NCBI RefSeq assembly: GCF_006345805.1
Contig: NC_043002.1
Coordinates: 38,564,001 to 38,628,000, forward strand
Reading direction: 5' to 3'
DNA: 64,000 nt
DNA from: Octopus sinensis
Lineage: Eukaryota
In this document: positions 1-13,201 of the stretch, in pieces
Numbering within the stretch: the first letter of the stretch is position 1
Layout: the number at the start of each line of letters is the position of its first letter
Notes under the pieces: generated by a model
What the model saw: only the letters and a program-made list of their open reading frames with translations
What the model was told of the DNA's origin: nothing
Database searches by the model: none
Position numbers and translations under genes: made by a program

Positions 1-175
1 GAGTAAATCGACCCCAGGACTTATTCTTTGTACGCCTAGTACTTATTCTATCTTGTCTCTTTTGCCGAACCGCTAACTTACGGGAACGTAACCACACCAG
101 CATCGGTTGTCAAACGATGATTGTGGGATAAACACAGACACACAAGCATATGCATAATCACACACACACACACAC

Positions 176-209
<34 letters not shown>

Positions 210-373
210 CATACGACGGGATTCTTTCAGTTTCCGTCTACCAAATCCACAAGGCTTTGGTCGGCACGAGGCTATAGTAGAAGGCACTTGCCCAAGATAC
301 CACGCAGTGGGACTGAACCCGGAACCATGTAGTTGGTAAGCAAGATACTTACCACACAGCCTCTCCTACGCCT
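1..373 (-). mobile_element. SINE family 1 (tRNA-derived head, CORE-like CCTTGGGCAAG segment, internal (TA)n(TG)n, RTE-type tail); cut by window edge
   Basis: Reverse complement of the head AGGCGTAGGAG-GGCTGTGTGGTAAG...GGTTCAGTCCCACTGCGTGG, which recurs at 5049, 9166, 47076 and 50336. Confidence 0.9.
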
Positions 374-728
374 AAATATGAAGTAAATTTTCTTCATCTA
401 AGGTTAAACAGTTGCAAAATATTTAGAGAGCGGCACTATGCAATATTTGGCATGATTGAGTGAAACGCAGTTCGATTTCCTATAGTTGGTTTTGTACATG
501 TTTTTATATTTTCCATGTCCGACTTGTGTTCAAAATGAGACTAATCTAATGTATATTCATGTATGTGTATGTATATGTATTGATAAAGCCAAGACTGTGC
601 AAAAATTATATATAAATATATATGTATGTAAATATGTGTGTGTGTGTGTGTGTGTGGTGTGTGTGTGTGTGTGGTGTGTGTGTGTGTGCCTGTAAATGCT
701 ATTTTCATAGCATTTTTTCCGATGGCTG

Positions 729-789
729 GATAACTGAAGAGATGGCGGCGTGGATTTCCACCCCGGCATCCGAAACTCGGAGTTTTATC
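729..789 (+). ncRNA. Type I hammerhead ribozyme motif with long stem II
   Basis: Stem I GATAA(729-733)/TTATC(785-789); core CTGAAGA 734-740; stem II GATG.CGG.GTGG-ATTT-CCAC.CCG.CATC; GAAA 772-775; stem III ACT(C)/(G)AGT; predicted cleavage after GTT at 784. One extra C lies before GAAA. Confidence 0.75.
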
Positions 790-2461
790 ATTCATGGATA
801 CCGAATAATTGTCACGTATTACATTTACAAATAGATTCCTCCATTTACATAATATCGAGGTCTCTTTCATTCTTTTATTGTCTTACCATTTTTATCAATA
901 TATAATATATATATATATATGCGTACGTGTATGTATAGTATACTTTCTCTACTGCGGCAGTTTCTATCAGCTAACACAATACTTAACTATCTACTCTAAA
1001 TGTATACCGTTTATCTTTTAGGTATGATGCTACATATAGGTTTTGTGTGTGCGTGTGTAAATAGATAGATAAATAGATAGATATAGATAGATAGATAAAT
1101 TGATAGATATAGATGGATAGATAGATAGATAGACAGACAGATAGATAGTGAGTAACGTTAGTAACACAGTAACACAATAGGCAGACATGTTCTCTGCACG
1201 TACTAACTAATCTGTATTTTTCCAATTAGGTTCATTTGCACTCTATACAGTCACGTTTCAAACTTTCTTTTTGATATCTCATCTGAATATCTTTATATTT
1301 TATTTTGACCATTATTACTTTTTCCTTTTTAATAATCCTTGGATGTATGTAGTTATAGTTTCCTTTTTACCGTTTCTGTTACGTATATTCATTTATCGAA
1401 TTTTTGCTATGTTTTATTTTATTTTTTTTCTTTTGGTCTGATATCTATGGAATGTTTCAGTTTCCAGCTGTTGTATTTAGGAAAGAACTTATCCGGCCCG
1501 GTTCGGCAGTAATTTGTTGGTTGCAATGAAGACGGTTGCTGTTAAAGCGAGATACGATCTGCGTAAGATCAAATGACCCCTATACGTTACGACCAATAAG
1601 TGTTCTCTCACGAAAGTATTTTAGATTGAATGTCTTGCGTGCGATAAACGAGTGAATGATATAAAACACGTTCGCAATCATCTCGTATGTTTCAAAACAT
1701 ACCTTTTCTGAAAAGAAAGAAAAAACAGAAAATAGTTATTATTATATCATAGCGTTATCTCACTGATATTTACCATTGCTGTAAGGCATCTTCCATGCAG
1801 TTTAGTTAAAGCATGTATATTTTATAATTAACCTTATTTAAACAGCAATGTTAAATTTCTTTCTAACTGCTAAATATAATTAACTCATGTTTTGTTCTTT
1901 TCATACCTTCTTTAATTTGGAAAGATTCCAGCAGAAAATTTGTTTGTTTCTTCCAGTCATTTCTATAACAGATTAACACTATAATGTCTTAGATATTAAT
2001 GGAATAACTCAACAGAAAATGCTATTTTGATCTCAGCTTACAAAGGAATTTCTTCTCCATTAGAGAGTTGGGTACATGGCTTAGAGACAGTAAAGTAGCA
2101 ATTTGTTGACTACGATTCTGAGTTCAAATTTTGTCTGTGTCAGTATTACCCCTCATCGTTGTCGTGCCCAATGATTTCAAAATGAATGCAGATTTGAAAA
2201 CATAAACGCCCTTGTTTCGTTTGATTCACACTGGAGCCAAGAAGGGAACAAACAGCACCTATAATTTCCCCAAACCACACATTGCTGTTTTTTTACGTAT
2301 AATATCACAATAAAATATGCTACGGTCATCCCTGACACACTTGTGTACATATGACTGATTCATTAAAGTTGCCTTGAACTAGAATACAAAACTAGCAACT
2401 AATTCCTATTTGTAGGTAAATGGAACATATAAAGGACGTTGAACATATTTTGCCCAAGTCT

Positions 2462-2521
<60 letters not shown>

Positions 2522-4295
2522 TATATATATATATATTAATACTACATCCCCTATCGACCAAGGAAAGATGAAACGATCAATAAAAATGGGACTTAAACGA
2601 ACCTAACTAAGCACTACAAGACATTCTAACATTCTACCCGATTCTGCAACTCGAGTACGTTTTGCTATATTAATATGTACTTGCGGAACCTGTAGAAATT
2701 ACACATTTCAGATATGATACTTCTGTATGATTTTATAGATCTCTATATTGATGATTTATACTGTTGAATAATTTAATTGTCATCGATTTCTTTCCATAAA
2801 TAAGACAGTCTAAAGTGTAGCATACGAATACATATCTTGACAACCAGAATACCATTATAGATTATAAAGTGTTTACTACTAAGTTGGGAATTACAAGTGT
2901 CACCGATAGCTGTTCTTCTGGAGTTGAGGGACTTGGACTATTGAGACCCTATCCTGAAATAGCTGTCGCACGTATGATATTGAAACGGCACGGTTTTACT
3001 CACTTGCAAAAATATTATAAATCTTACTTAAAACTCGGGATCAGTGTGTAATTGATGAGTGCCTTTGGAGTTTTTAAATCCTATTATTTGTGGGAATTGT
3101 AGAATGTTGAATGCCATCAAACTGAGTTTCATGGACACAATCACATAGATAAACGAATTCCTATATTACATCTTCATCTCAACATTATGTATATATTTCA
3201 TGCAATTATTTTTGATTATTTCAATTCTGATCGACACATCTTATAAATTTGTATAAGGCAGTGGTCTAGCATGACTGCAGTCTAATAACTGGACTGAAAC
3301 AAGAAACAAAGTAACTTCTATCCAGATTATATTTCAATTGTATCACTCGCAAATAATAATGTATAATAATGCATACATTTTAATACATTTTTGAATAGTG
3401 GATTTAATGTATCCTTCTGGATGGACTATCAACACCAAAACATTAAGAAATTTAAAACGAATTCTTAATATCAAAATTTGAGAAGCGTAACAGTTCTTCC
3501 TTATCCTGCAATATGCAAGACAGAGAAAATTATCACCGTGCAAGAGTAAGACCACTGTAAGTGAAAGTATTAATTCAAGGTATCTTTTCAATATAATGCA
3601 AACCTGTTTTATATGTTAAATTTCGTCTTCATGAAAAAGTCATGCCCACAATCTTACGATATACGCTTTTCACTTAGAATATTTTCCTGAAGAGCAACTT
3701 AAATATAAATGTTTAGTTATTTGTTAAGCAAGTAATTTAGGTTCAAGTATACACATTCAAAACTAGAGATATTGATACTAATACTTACCAGTATTATAAA
3801 TATTTGTCGTAATAAAAGCGAAAAATTATCTGCAAAATATTACTAATGCTTAAAAACCAATTCCCAATGATTTCTATGTGCTACGATTAAACAGTTACTA
3901 GAATTGATTTCCTCTGTGGAAGAAAACATTTTGTCATTATTCGTACTTATAATAGTCTAAGAATACGTCGTAACATCGATATTCTACTGACATTCAAAAT
4001 ATTCACTTGTTTTCGTCTGACTATCTCTACGTAACCTTAAAATAGTCTATATAATGTATAAAGTAGACATTTCAATATGATTTGCTGAGACTAGCAAATA
4101 GTTCAAGTATCTTCATAATGAAATAAAAATATCCTGACACTAAACATTAAACCGTTTACAAAGAAAATGCGAGAGTTAAATAAATAAATCTTAAACGTTT
4201 CTCATGTGTGTGTGTGCGTGTGCGTGTGTGCGCGTGTGTGTGTGTGCGTGTGTGTATAAAAGTATATATGTATATGTATATATATATATATACAT

Positions 4296-4346
<51 letters not shown>

Positions 4347-4369
4347 CCAGATAGTTGTTTGATACAAAT

Positions 4370-4637
4370 AGTGGCATGGAAAAACCAGGATGGGTCATTT
4401 GGAGTTTGCTTTCGTCAGTCGAGTACCAGATTATCTTTGCAGTTACGGATAGTTAACCGCATGTGTACCGTTGGCGATTTTTTCCTCCGTCTTCCCTTTC
4501 CTATGTTTCTGACGAAGAGCTCCGTTCGAAACGTTAAATCCTCCTTCTTTCTTTCCTTTCCTAAGCGTCCAATAACACTATACATGTTCCACGCCCTCGA
4601 GTTGTTGTGTTTTCTCTTTGTGTTTTCATGTTTCGAT

Positions 4638-4640
<3 letters not shown>
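4370..4640 (+). mobile_element. Penelope-like element pLTR fragment ending at (TA)n
   Basis: Contains a minimal hammerhead, then a pyrimidine tract and TTCCTAAGCG, matching the layout of 27851-28160, 33900-34560 and 38800-39120. It abuts (TA)n at 4641. Confidence 0.65.
4505..4539 (+). ncRNA. Minimal type I hammerhead motif (PLE type)
   Basis: GTTT-CTGACGA-A-GAGC/tcc/GTTC-GAAAC-GTT-AAAT. Stem III is reduced to the palindrome ACGT. Confidence 0.7.
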
Positions 4641-4672
<32 letters not shown>

Positions 4673-5007
4673 TGGGTGGCTAATTCGCAATTTAACAACC
4701 TAAAGGCAGAAATAGATACGTCACCAAAGTGACAAAATCACTGATCAGTACTAGTATTGCTACACATTGCTACAAAATAAGATCCCAAACAACTCAATAA
4801 CCACAGAAAGAACTATCTTAAATGACTGACAAGAGAATCATCGATGATCTGGCTATATCTGCTGCTGTAGGGAGCTTTCCCCACTTGTCAGACATTTAAA
4901 ATAATAATTTCTGTGGTTATTGAGTTGTTTTGGCTCTTATTTCTAGCAATGCTGATGCTTATCGCCACCCTTTGTCACATTAGGGACGTATATATACATA
5001 TAAATAC

Positions 5008-5048
<41 letters not shown>

Positions 5049-5451
5049 AGCGCAGGAGTGGCTGTGTGGTAAGTAGCTTGTTTACCAACCACATGGTTCC
5101 AGCTTCAGTCCCACTGCGTGGCACCTTGGGCAAGTGTCTTCTACTATAGCCTCGGGCCGACCAAGCCTTGTAAGTGAATTTGGTAGACAGAAACTGAAAG
5201 AAGCCCGTCAAATATATGTATATATATATGCGTGTGTGCGTGTTTGTGTATCTGTGTTTGTCCCCCTAGCATTGCTTGACAACCGATGCTGGTGTGTTTA
5301 TGTCCCCGTTACTTAGCGGTTCGGCAAAAAAACCGATAGAATAAGTACTGGGCTTACAAAAGAATAAGTCGCGGGATCGAGTTGCTCGATTAAATGCGGT
5401 GCTCCAGCATGGCCACAGTCAATTACTGAAACAAGTTAAAGAGTAAAGAGT
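5049..5451 (+). mobile_element. SINE family 1, full length
   Basis: Head with A/B-box-like motifs, internal (TA)n/(TG)n, and tail GCGGTGCTCCAGCATGGCCACAGTC...CTGAAACAAG-(TAAAGAG)n. Confidence 0.92.
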
Positions 5452-7804
5452 AGAGAGGGGGGAAATCACACACATACACACACAAATACACATTTGTAAA
5501 TGATTGTTCTGTTCAAATTATTTTTTTCCACATATCTCGTTGGAAATTTCGTAAATCAAACCGAATAAACATTTATCTGTATTGTAGTTTGTAAATTCTT
5601 CTGTCAGAATGTAAGGAAAATTAGAAGCAGAGTACCTATTGCTTTTGCAATTTCATATAAAGAATCAAAATTGACTCGCTAACTCATATTTCCAAGGAAT
5701 TTGATTCTTGCTCTCAGTAACTCTCTACTAAATATTGATTTATTTAGATTAAGGTCCGACATTTACAGGAAAGAGAATATGGGAATAAGCAACTTTAATA
5801 GCATTATAATCGTAAGTAAATCGAAATCATTTTAAATGAAATTTGAAACTATTGTTAGTCTCCGTTTGACAAGAACTTATATCTTGTTCTATAATTCTCA
5901 ATAGCATTCTATGATAATTTTTTTTTCTAGTGAAAATTATAATTTTGTTAGTTGTTTGTGTGCAGTCCATTCACTCAATCGGCAAAGGAGATGACAGTTA
6001 ATGTCTTCAACAATTATAACACTCCATAATTCGATTTCGTTACATTAGTCACCTCACCAAATGCTGAATGGGTTTTTAATAGCCCTTTAAAAACACCAAG
6101 AATATTCTTTTAACATAGTACCATCCGCGCAACAATGATAGCTGAAACTCTACTCTTCGTTTACCAATATATCAGTTATAACATGACGACGATTTCCGAG
6201 GAGGAAAATTGTAATCACTAGACGAGACAAGATTCTGGATAAGTGTCACTACACGATAGAAGCTATGTCTCCTCACCTATGTTGCTGATAACCTCGATAA
6301 AAATATGGCAGTTATCTCACCCGTTCCCCACCAAACTCTACAATTATAGGACATCACAACCTCGTAAGAAAGATATGAATACGCCAAGTATAGAATTTAG
6401 ACCACCTAGTTGTGTTTAGTAATATATATTGCATACATGACAAAATTTCTGTCCTTTCTCACAAGATCAATATGTCTCCATTATAATATCTGTTATAATG
6501 GTGGAACTAATATAACTTGAGCATAATTTCTTATTGCGCATTTTCTTTTTTATCCTTATACCTGTGTTACTATGAATAAAGCCTCGGTATTTGTGTGAAA
6601 ATTATAGCGTGTCAGCAGCGAGTATAAATTTATATGTGAAGCTTTAAGCGAAATATAAATGGCTTAAGAGAATAATGTTAATAGAGGAAGAAAATCATTT
6701 TAATTTATTTACGAGAAAAGTGATCAACTATAAATGAAACGAGTCTATTAGGAATTTATATTTGATAATTTTAAATCTGATATGCAGTCAAAACAAACAT
6801 CATTTAACCTATATTAACGAATTAAGACATCAAATGACAAATGTGAACCGGTGCAAGGAGGTGAGGGCATGATATAACAACTGTTTATTTTTTCTTCTCA
6901 AGTTTAAATACATTAATTCTACAGATATAAATTTGCACTCCACCTTAATTAGATGCATCTTCTCAAAAGTTTGCTACTGTTTTATTTATTTATTTATTTA
7001 TTTATTTTCAATTTCCTTTTTAAATTATGGACTAACTTGGACTATACCGGAAAGAGCCCAAACCATATTAATCATTCTTGTTTAATAGTTGCTTTTGTAT
7101 AAAATGCTCATAGATGAAGCAATCACGTACATTATGATCATACTTCTATAAATATACAATGTTGTATGGACAAAATTTCGTTTCCATGTATTTCAATGGT
7201 TATTAATGTACAAGAATCAGTTTTTAAAACTAGTATCAAGAAATTATTTCGGAAAACTGAAACTTGAATTCGATATATTTCCCTGGCACTTTCAATTTTT
7301 TTTCCAACTAACGATCATATTGCATCTGGCCACACCTCGTGTCAACATAGATTTGGTTGTTTACGATCAAAACTAATGATATAAATGAAATACCCTGTAG
7401 TTATTCATCCGACAAGTATAATGTTCTAAATTATCTCCACAATTCTCCTGATTCCTAAAATAACCTTTAAACATGTTCATCAAGTAACCCTACAGCAGAT
7501 AACAACATAATCAGATGCCGACGTCAACATTACGTCGATACCTAATATTTCAGAGGAGTGGGAAAATATATACGCACACACACACGCATGCACATGCACG
7601 CACATATAAGCATTTATCTATGTATGCACGTCTGCAATCTTCCTTCTTGTAACGGTGAATTCATTGATTGTTTTCAGATGAGATACCATTTTCGTCGTTT
7701 TGTGCATCAATAGCACGATCAAAGCAAGTGCAGAGACCAGCTCTTTTAATTCAGCCTAACGATTAAATACCATTGCCATTGAGCTTGATTTTCTATTCTG
7801 TTCC

Positions 7805-7813
7805 TCTCTCTCG

Positions 7814-7890
<77 letters not shown>
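7805..7890. repeat. (CT)n microsatellite
   Basis: Directly visible. Confidence 0.95.
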
Positions 7891-7892
<2 letters not shown>

Positions 7893-8680
7893 ACAGCAAA
7901 CGTCCTGAATTAGGATTGATCCGTGAATAAAATTCAAAACTTTATGTCAAAAGACAAAGGAGAAGGAAGAAGGAAGAAGAAGAGGGCGAAGAGGAGGAGG
8001 GAAAAGAGGGGGACATGGAGGACGAAGGCGAGGAGGAGGAAGACGGGAGGAGCTCGAAGAGGAGGGAACAGGAAGGGTAAACGTAAAGGGCACGAAGAGG
8101 AGAAGACGAAGTGAAGGCGGAGGACGGAAAAATGAGGTGGGGTGGGATGAAAGGTGTAGTGGGGATAGCGGTTGTGCTGACAGTGGTGGATCTGTTTGGT
8201 GGTGGTGGTGGTGCTGGTGCTGGTGGTGAAGTAATCCTTCAGTGCAGAATGAAATTTAACATAATCATTAATGCAAAACAGTCAAACAAAAAAATGTTTT
8301 AAGTCATCATTTTAATTACGGATCAGGCACTATTCTTCATAAAGGGCCCTGTGCCCTGATTAAGCCATTTACGATGGAGAAATAACTCAATTATGCCTTC
8401 ATTTTTATCCAAAATTTGTAGCGTGATTAGCGTTACGATAAATAGCACAAATTCGATGACCTGGAGTTGCTAAAAGCAATATTACACTTTAAAATTATGT
8501 TAAACCCACGACTAGGAATTAAATCGCTTCTGCATAATTTTACAGGAGATTCACATTTTATCAACACCTGATGGATTAAAGGTAAAATCAATTCCAAAGG
8601 GATTTCAACTTAGAACCCAAAGACGTAAAGTATCACAAGGCGATTTTCTGTGTCTCATCTAAGTGTCAGACATCGACAAA

Positions 8681-8687
<7 letters not shown>

Positions 8688-8747
<60 letters not shown>

Positions 8748-8947
8748 ACACACACACACACACCACACCACACACACACACACACCACACACACACACAC
8801 AACACACACACACACACATACACACATATACACATACATACATATACATATACACATACATACATATACATATACACATACATACATATACATATACACA
8901 TACATACATACATATACACATACATACATACATATACACATACATAT

Positions 8948-9005
<58 letters not shown>
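8688..9005. repeat. Compound (TA)n/(CA)n/(TACA)n microsatellite
   Basis: Directly visible; it accounts for the ORF-track entries at 8650-9090. Confidence 0.95.
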
Positions 9006-9009
<4 letters not shown>

Positions 9010-9165
9010 GATAAGGCCACATTAAAGTGTCTACCTGCTAAGAATAAGAATCAAAACTATTATTTCGACCACCAAAATAATTTACACTGAAAACAACATA
9101 TTCAACGGTAAACTAGCAAATCGAAAAAAATCTCTGTTTCCAGTATAGCATAAAGTTGTATATAT

Positions 9166-9326
9166 AGGCGTAGGAGTGGCTGTGTGGTAAAAAGCTTGCT
9201 TACCTGCCACATGGTTCCGTGTTCAGTCTCACTGCGTGGCACCTTGGGCAAGTGTCTTCTACTATACCCTCGGGTCGACCAAAGCCTTGTGAGTGGATTT
9301 GGTAGACGGAAACTGAAAGAAGTTCC

Positions 9327-9380
<54 letters not shown>

Positions 9381-9566
9381 AGTATGTTTCTGTGTCTGTA
9401 TTTGTCTCCCCAACATTGCTTGAGAACCGATGCTGGTGTGTATACGTCCCCGTAACTTAGCGGTTCGGGAAAAGAAACCGATAGAATAAGTCTTGGGGTC
9501 GATTTGCTCGACTAAAGGCGGTGCTCCAGCATGGTCACAGTCAAATGACTGAAACAAGTAAAGGAG
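9166..9566 (+). mobile_element. SINE family 1, full length
   Basis: Same head, microsatellite and tail as 5049-5451. Confidence 0.92.
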
Positions 9567-9567
9567 T

Positions 9568-10026
9568 ATATTTACTGGTACAAGCATATATGAGGACCGG
9601 TTTCTGGTTTGAGACAAATATCTAACCTTGTTCAGCAATTCTTAACTCTTTGAAACAGTATTCGAAACTGCCACATTGATATCTGCTGGCGTTCTTAATT
9701 GCTTAGCGCCAAAATGCGGACAGCCTCAACGTGAATAGTTCTAATCAGCAGCAAAATATTCGGAAGTGAATATGTATAAGATATTAATATTTCTATTATT
9801 ATCGAAGGCAATATAAATAGTTGATAATAACAGAAATTATGCTGCTGATTTAGTACTTTTCAAACTGAGGTTGTCTGCATTTTGGGGCTAAGCAATTAAG
9901 GACACCAGCAGATATCAACGTGCCAGATTAGGATAATATTTCAAAGGGTTAAGATGTGCTGAAGAAGGTAAGATCTTTGTATCAAACCAAAAACCGGTTC
10001 ACATATATACGTGTACCAGTAAATAT
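9568..10026. mobile_element. Diverged inverted repeat (arms about 9568-9745 and 9845-10026); PLE-type inverted pLTR pair with degenerate hammerheads
   Basis: ATATTTACTGGTACAAGCATATATG... is mirrored by ...CATATATACGTGTACCAGTAAATAT. The right arm reads ATGTG-CTGAAGA-A-GGT..ACC-AAAAAC-CGGTT-CACAT (9954-10004). The left arm keeps GAAAC but has CTGAACA. Confidence 0.75.
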
Positions 10027-10284
10027 ATGGCTAGTGTAAATTTTTTTGGTGGTCCAAGTAAAAGTTTTGACTTTTATTTCGAGCGGATAGACACTTTAAT
10101 GTGTCCTTATGATTAATATAATTTTAATTCTTTAACTATATTATGCTATTTTTTATGCCTGCAACCACGTATAGTAATGTTTCTGTTATTATAAGTTATT
10201 TATATTGTCTTCGGTAATAACAGAAATATTAGTATCTTATAAATATTCACTTCCGAATATTTTGCTGCTGATTATATATGTATG

Positions 10285-10338
<54 letters not shown>

Positions 10339-12617
10339 TGTGTATAACAGATACGTTGCGGTTCAGAACAGCTGTTTCAGACTTATTCGTTATTGATGAA
10401 CAAAAATCTTACGTCATGCGGAAAATCGTTTTCTTCAGGTGAATAAAAAGAAAATTTAACAAATAGAAGTTCTAACAAAATAGGACATGCTGTGAGACGA
10501 CCCAACCAACCCGGTTACGTCTGGGATAGTGAATAAGTGGTGCTATTACTAAGTTTATATTAATGAACTCGCTTTAGGGACCAAAATAACGGGAAGAAGT
10601 AGAGGGAGAAGTAATAGGGGTGAAATAGAGAATGAAAAGAAGGGGGATGAGGGAGGGAAAGGTACGATAGCATTCGCCCTCATTAACAGGTAATAAAATG
10701 AATCTAGGGATTATAAATATAATTATCGTTGTTTGCGCTAGGGATGACAGGGGTGCTTTTGAAGCAGATAAAAATAATAATATAGATGAGTAAGGAGGAC
10801 CTGAGTACATGCACATATACACATATGTGTGTATAGCTGTATAACTGTAATTAGATGTGTAAATAAAAGACACGGCGCTCATAGGGAGAATGCTTTTCAT
10901 TACAGTTGAACGAAGGTTACCGAATACCAACAACAATATATTTTAACCGTTTTGATAACATTCAGAAAATTTGATGCAACCCTAGATTTTCAGAATGAAG
11001 TAATTTTCGGAGAGGAACCCTTGTTGTCTGTAATTCTTTTGAGTCGTTGATGTGCAGCGGTGCCGAGGTACTCCTTATAAAAAGGTACACAGGGGTTTCA
11101 ATCTTTTAAGTCAATTATCATTTATCCTTAAACATATTACATCGGAATTGGTGTGACTTCAATGTTTCAGAATTAATCAATTAGACAGTATAATATAAAG
11201 TGAAATCCTTCCTAACATTTCATTGAAAAAGAGACAGACAGACATACATGCATACAGACAGACAGAAAGGTGTTGTTGATGTGGTTACTAATGCTACTTA
11301 GTGCCATTTCAGTTCTGACTGAGAATACCGATAAACGATTACTTTTTCTGAGATCTTGTAGCTAGGACTACAATATCAAACATTTCTTACAGTTGTTTTC
11401 AGATTACAGAATGATTTCCGGGAGATATGGCTTCTATATCTAGCAGATTTAGTGAACTCGTATAGACTTCCTTATTGACTATTCTTTTGCCTTTGGTCAG
11501 CTCTGACTGAGCGGATATACGGCCAAAGGCATTCCAGCTCTGACCATCCCATCTTTTTCTTTTTTAGTTTACAGTAATATACACCTAACTACATTATACA
11601 GTATATCCTTCCACTTTTGAAAACTGCAGAATGTAATTTCAGGAAAGCAGCTGTATCTTGCAGGTCGATTGGCTATATGGAGGTTCCATTCATTGCTCAT
11701 CAAAAATGGTAAGTAGAAATACATGACATATTTTGTATTATCCGACAGTTATTTGAAGAGGCAGTAGTGCATCGAATAAAATGCCTTACAGTACCTGTTC
11801 CCGTTCTAAGTGCTCTGAGTTCAATTCAGGTTAAAATTAAAATAAACTTTCATCCCTTCAAAGTCCATAAATATAGTTCTCTCCTTCTGTGGATTATTAT
11901 TTTTTTTTTTTGCCTATCCCTTTTTCTATCACTTTCTCTCTGGAAGAAAACAAATGTGATCAATACCTGAATATCTCCAGGCTTCACTATGTTACTATAT
12001 ATACATACATACATACATATATATATGATATAAATATATCACATATTTAGGTTACTTGAAGAAACTGAATATGTCTCTCCACATACCCAGGTGTATTCTA
12101 TGGCTCAAATATGCCTTTTTTTTTAAACTTTCGAATAATGTGTATTTCGGTAAATCAAACGTTCACTTTATTTAGATTGGCAAAACTTGTCACGCTATAT
12201 TTCTATAGAATGTTTGCTCGTGTTAGAATATTGCCTGCAGTAATAGTTGGCTAGTATGTCCATGAGGTAACGGTCTGTTACTCAGACATGTACTTATCTG
12301 TAGATTTCATTGACCTCTACACATAACGGCCAACTGCTGTCTGATAGAACAGCCATTATGGTCAGCTGTGTATTAGTGTATGTTTCTCAGTAACAAATCA
12401 CACATGCGTAACTACAAAAATAGTTTCGTACTCATTTTATAGTTGAAATAGGTCAGAGATTCACTAAATCTAAATCGGAATTCTTTCGAGATTTTATACG
12501 TTCCCTTCACATAGTTTCTAACTAAATCAAGATATATATATACATATATATATACATATATATATATATATATTATATATACATATATACATATATATAT
12601 ATACATATATATATATA

Positions 12618-12649
<32 letters not shown>

Positions 12650-12927
12650 CACCAAAGGATAAAATTTAGTGTTTAAGCAAGAAACGTGGATATACATTTG
12701 TCTATTTCTATAATGTTTTTACTCCACGCTTAAGGTTATATTCATCTGTGAATACTTTTGAATAATATTAGAGTTGTGCTTTACCTAAAAACAATGAACT
12801 TCCCTTCATCTGTTCATTCTGTGTTATGATAATGGGCTCTAACTGTTTATTCCTTTATCTTGTCTACCCTATGTCTGTGGCGTACATCACATAGTGACGT
12901 CTGGATCCTATATGTGTACCCTGTAAT

Positions 12928-12997
<70 letters not shown>

Positions 12998-13143
12998 AAC
13001 TGAAGTTATAACCTATGACCTTGCATTTGTTTGTTCTATAACTTTAGTTTGATATTTTTGTCCCTTTCAATAGAGCACTTCTATAGCAGTCCTATTAATC
13101 TTTTTGTTCCTGACAAGAAACAATCACTGTATTATTGATATTG

Positions 13144-13201
<58 letters not shown>

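Noticed and set aside
1481-1562. Plus-strand micro-exon candidates (1481-1562, 10742-10790, 30611-30682)
   Set aside because: They have AG/GT boundaries and an open frame but no homology, and cannot be chained into a gene from sequence alone.
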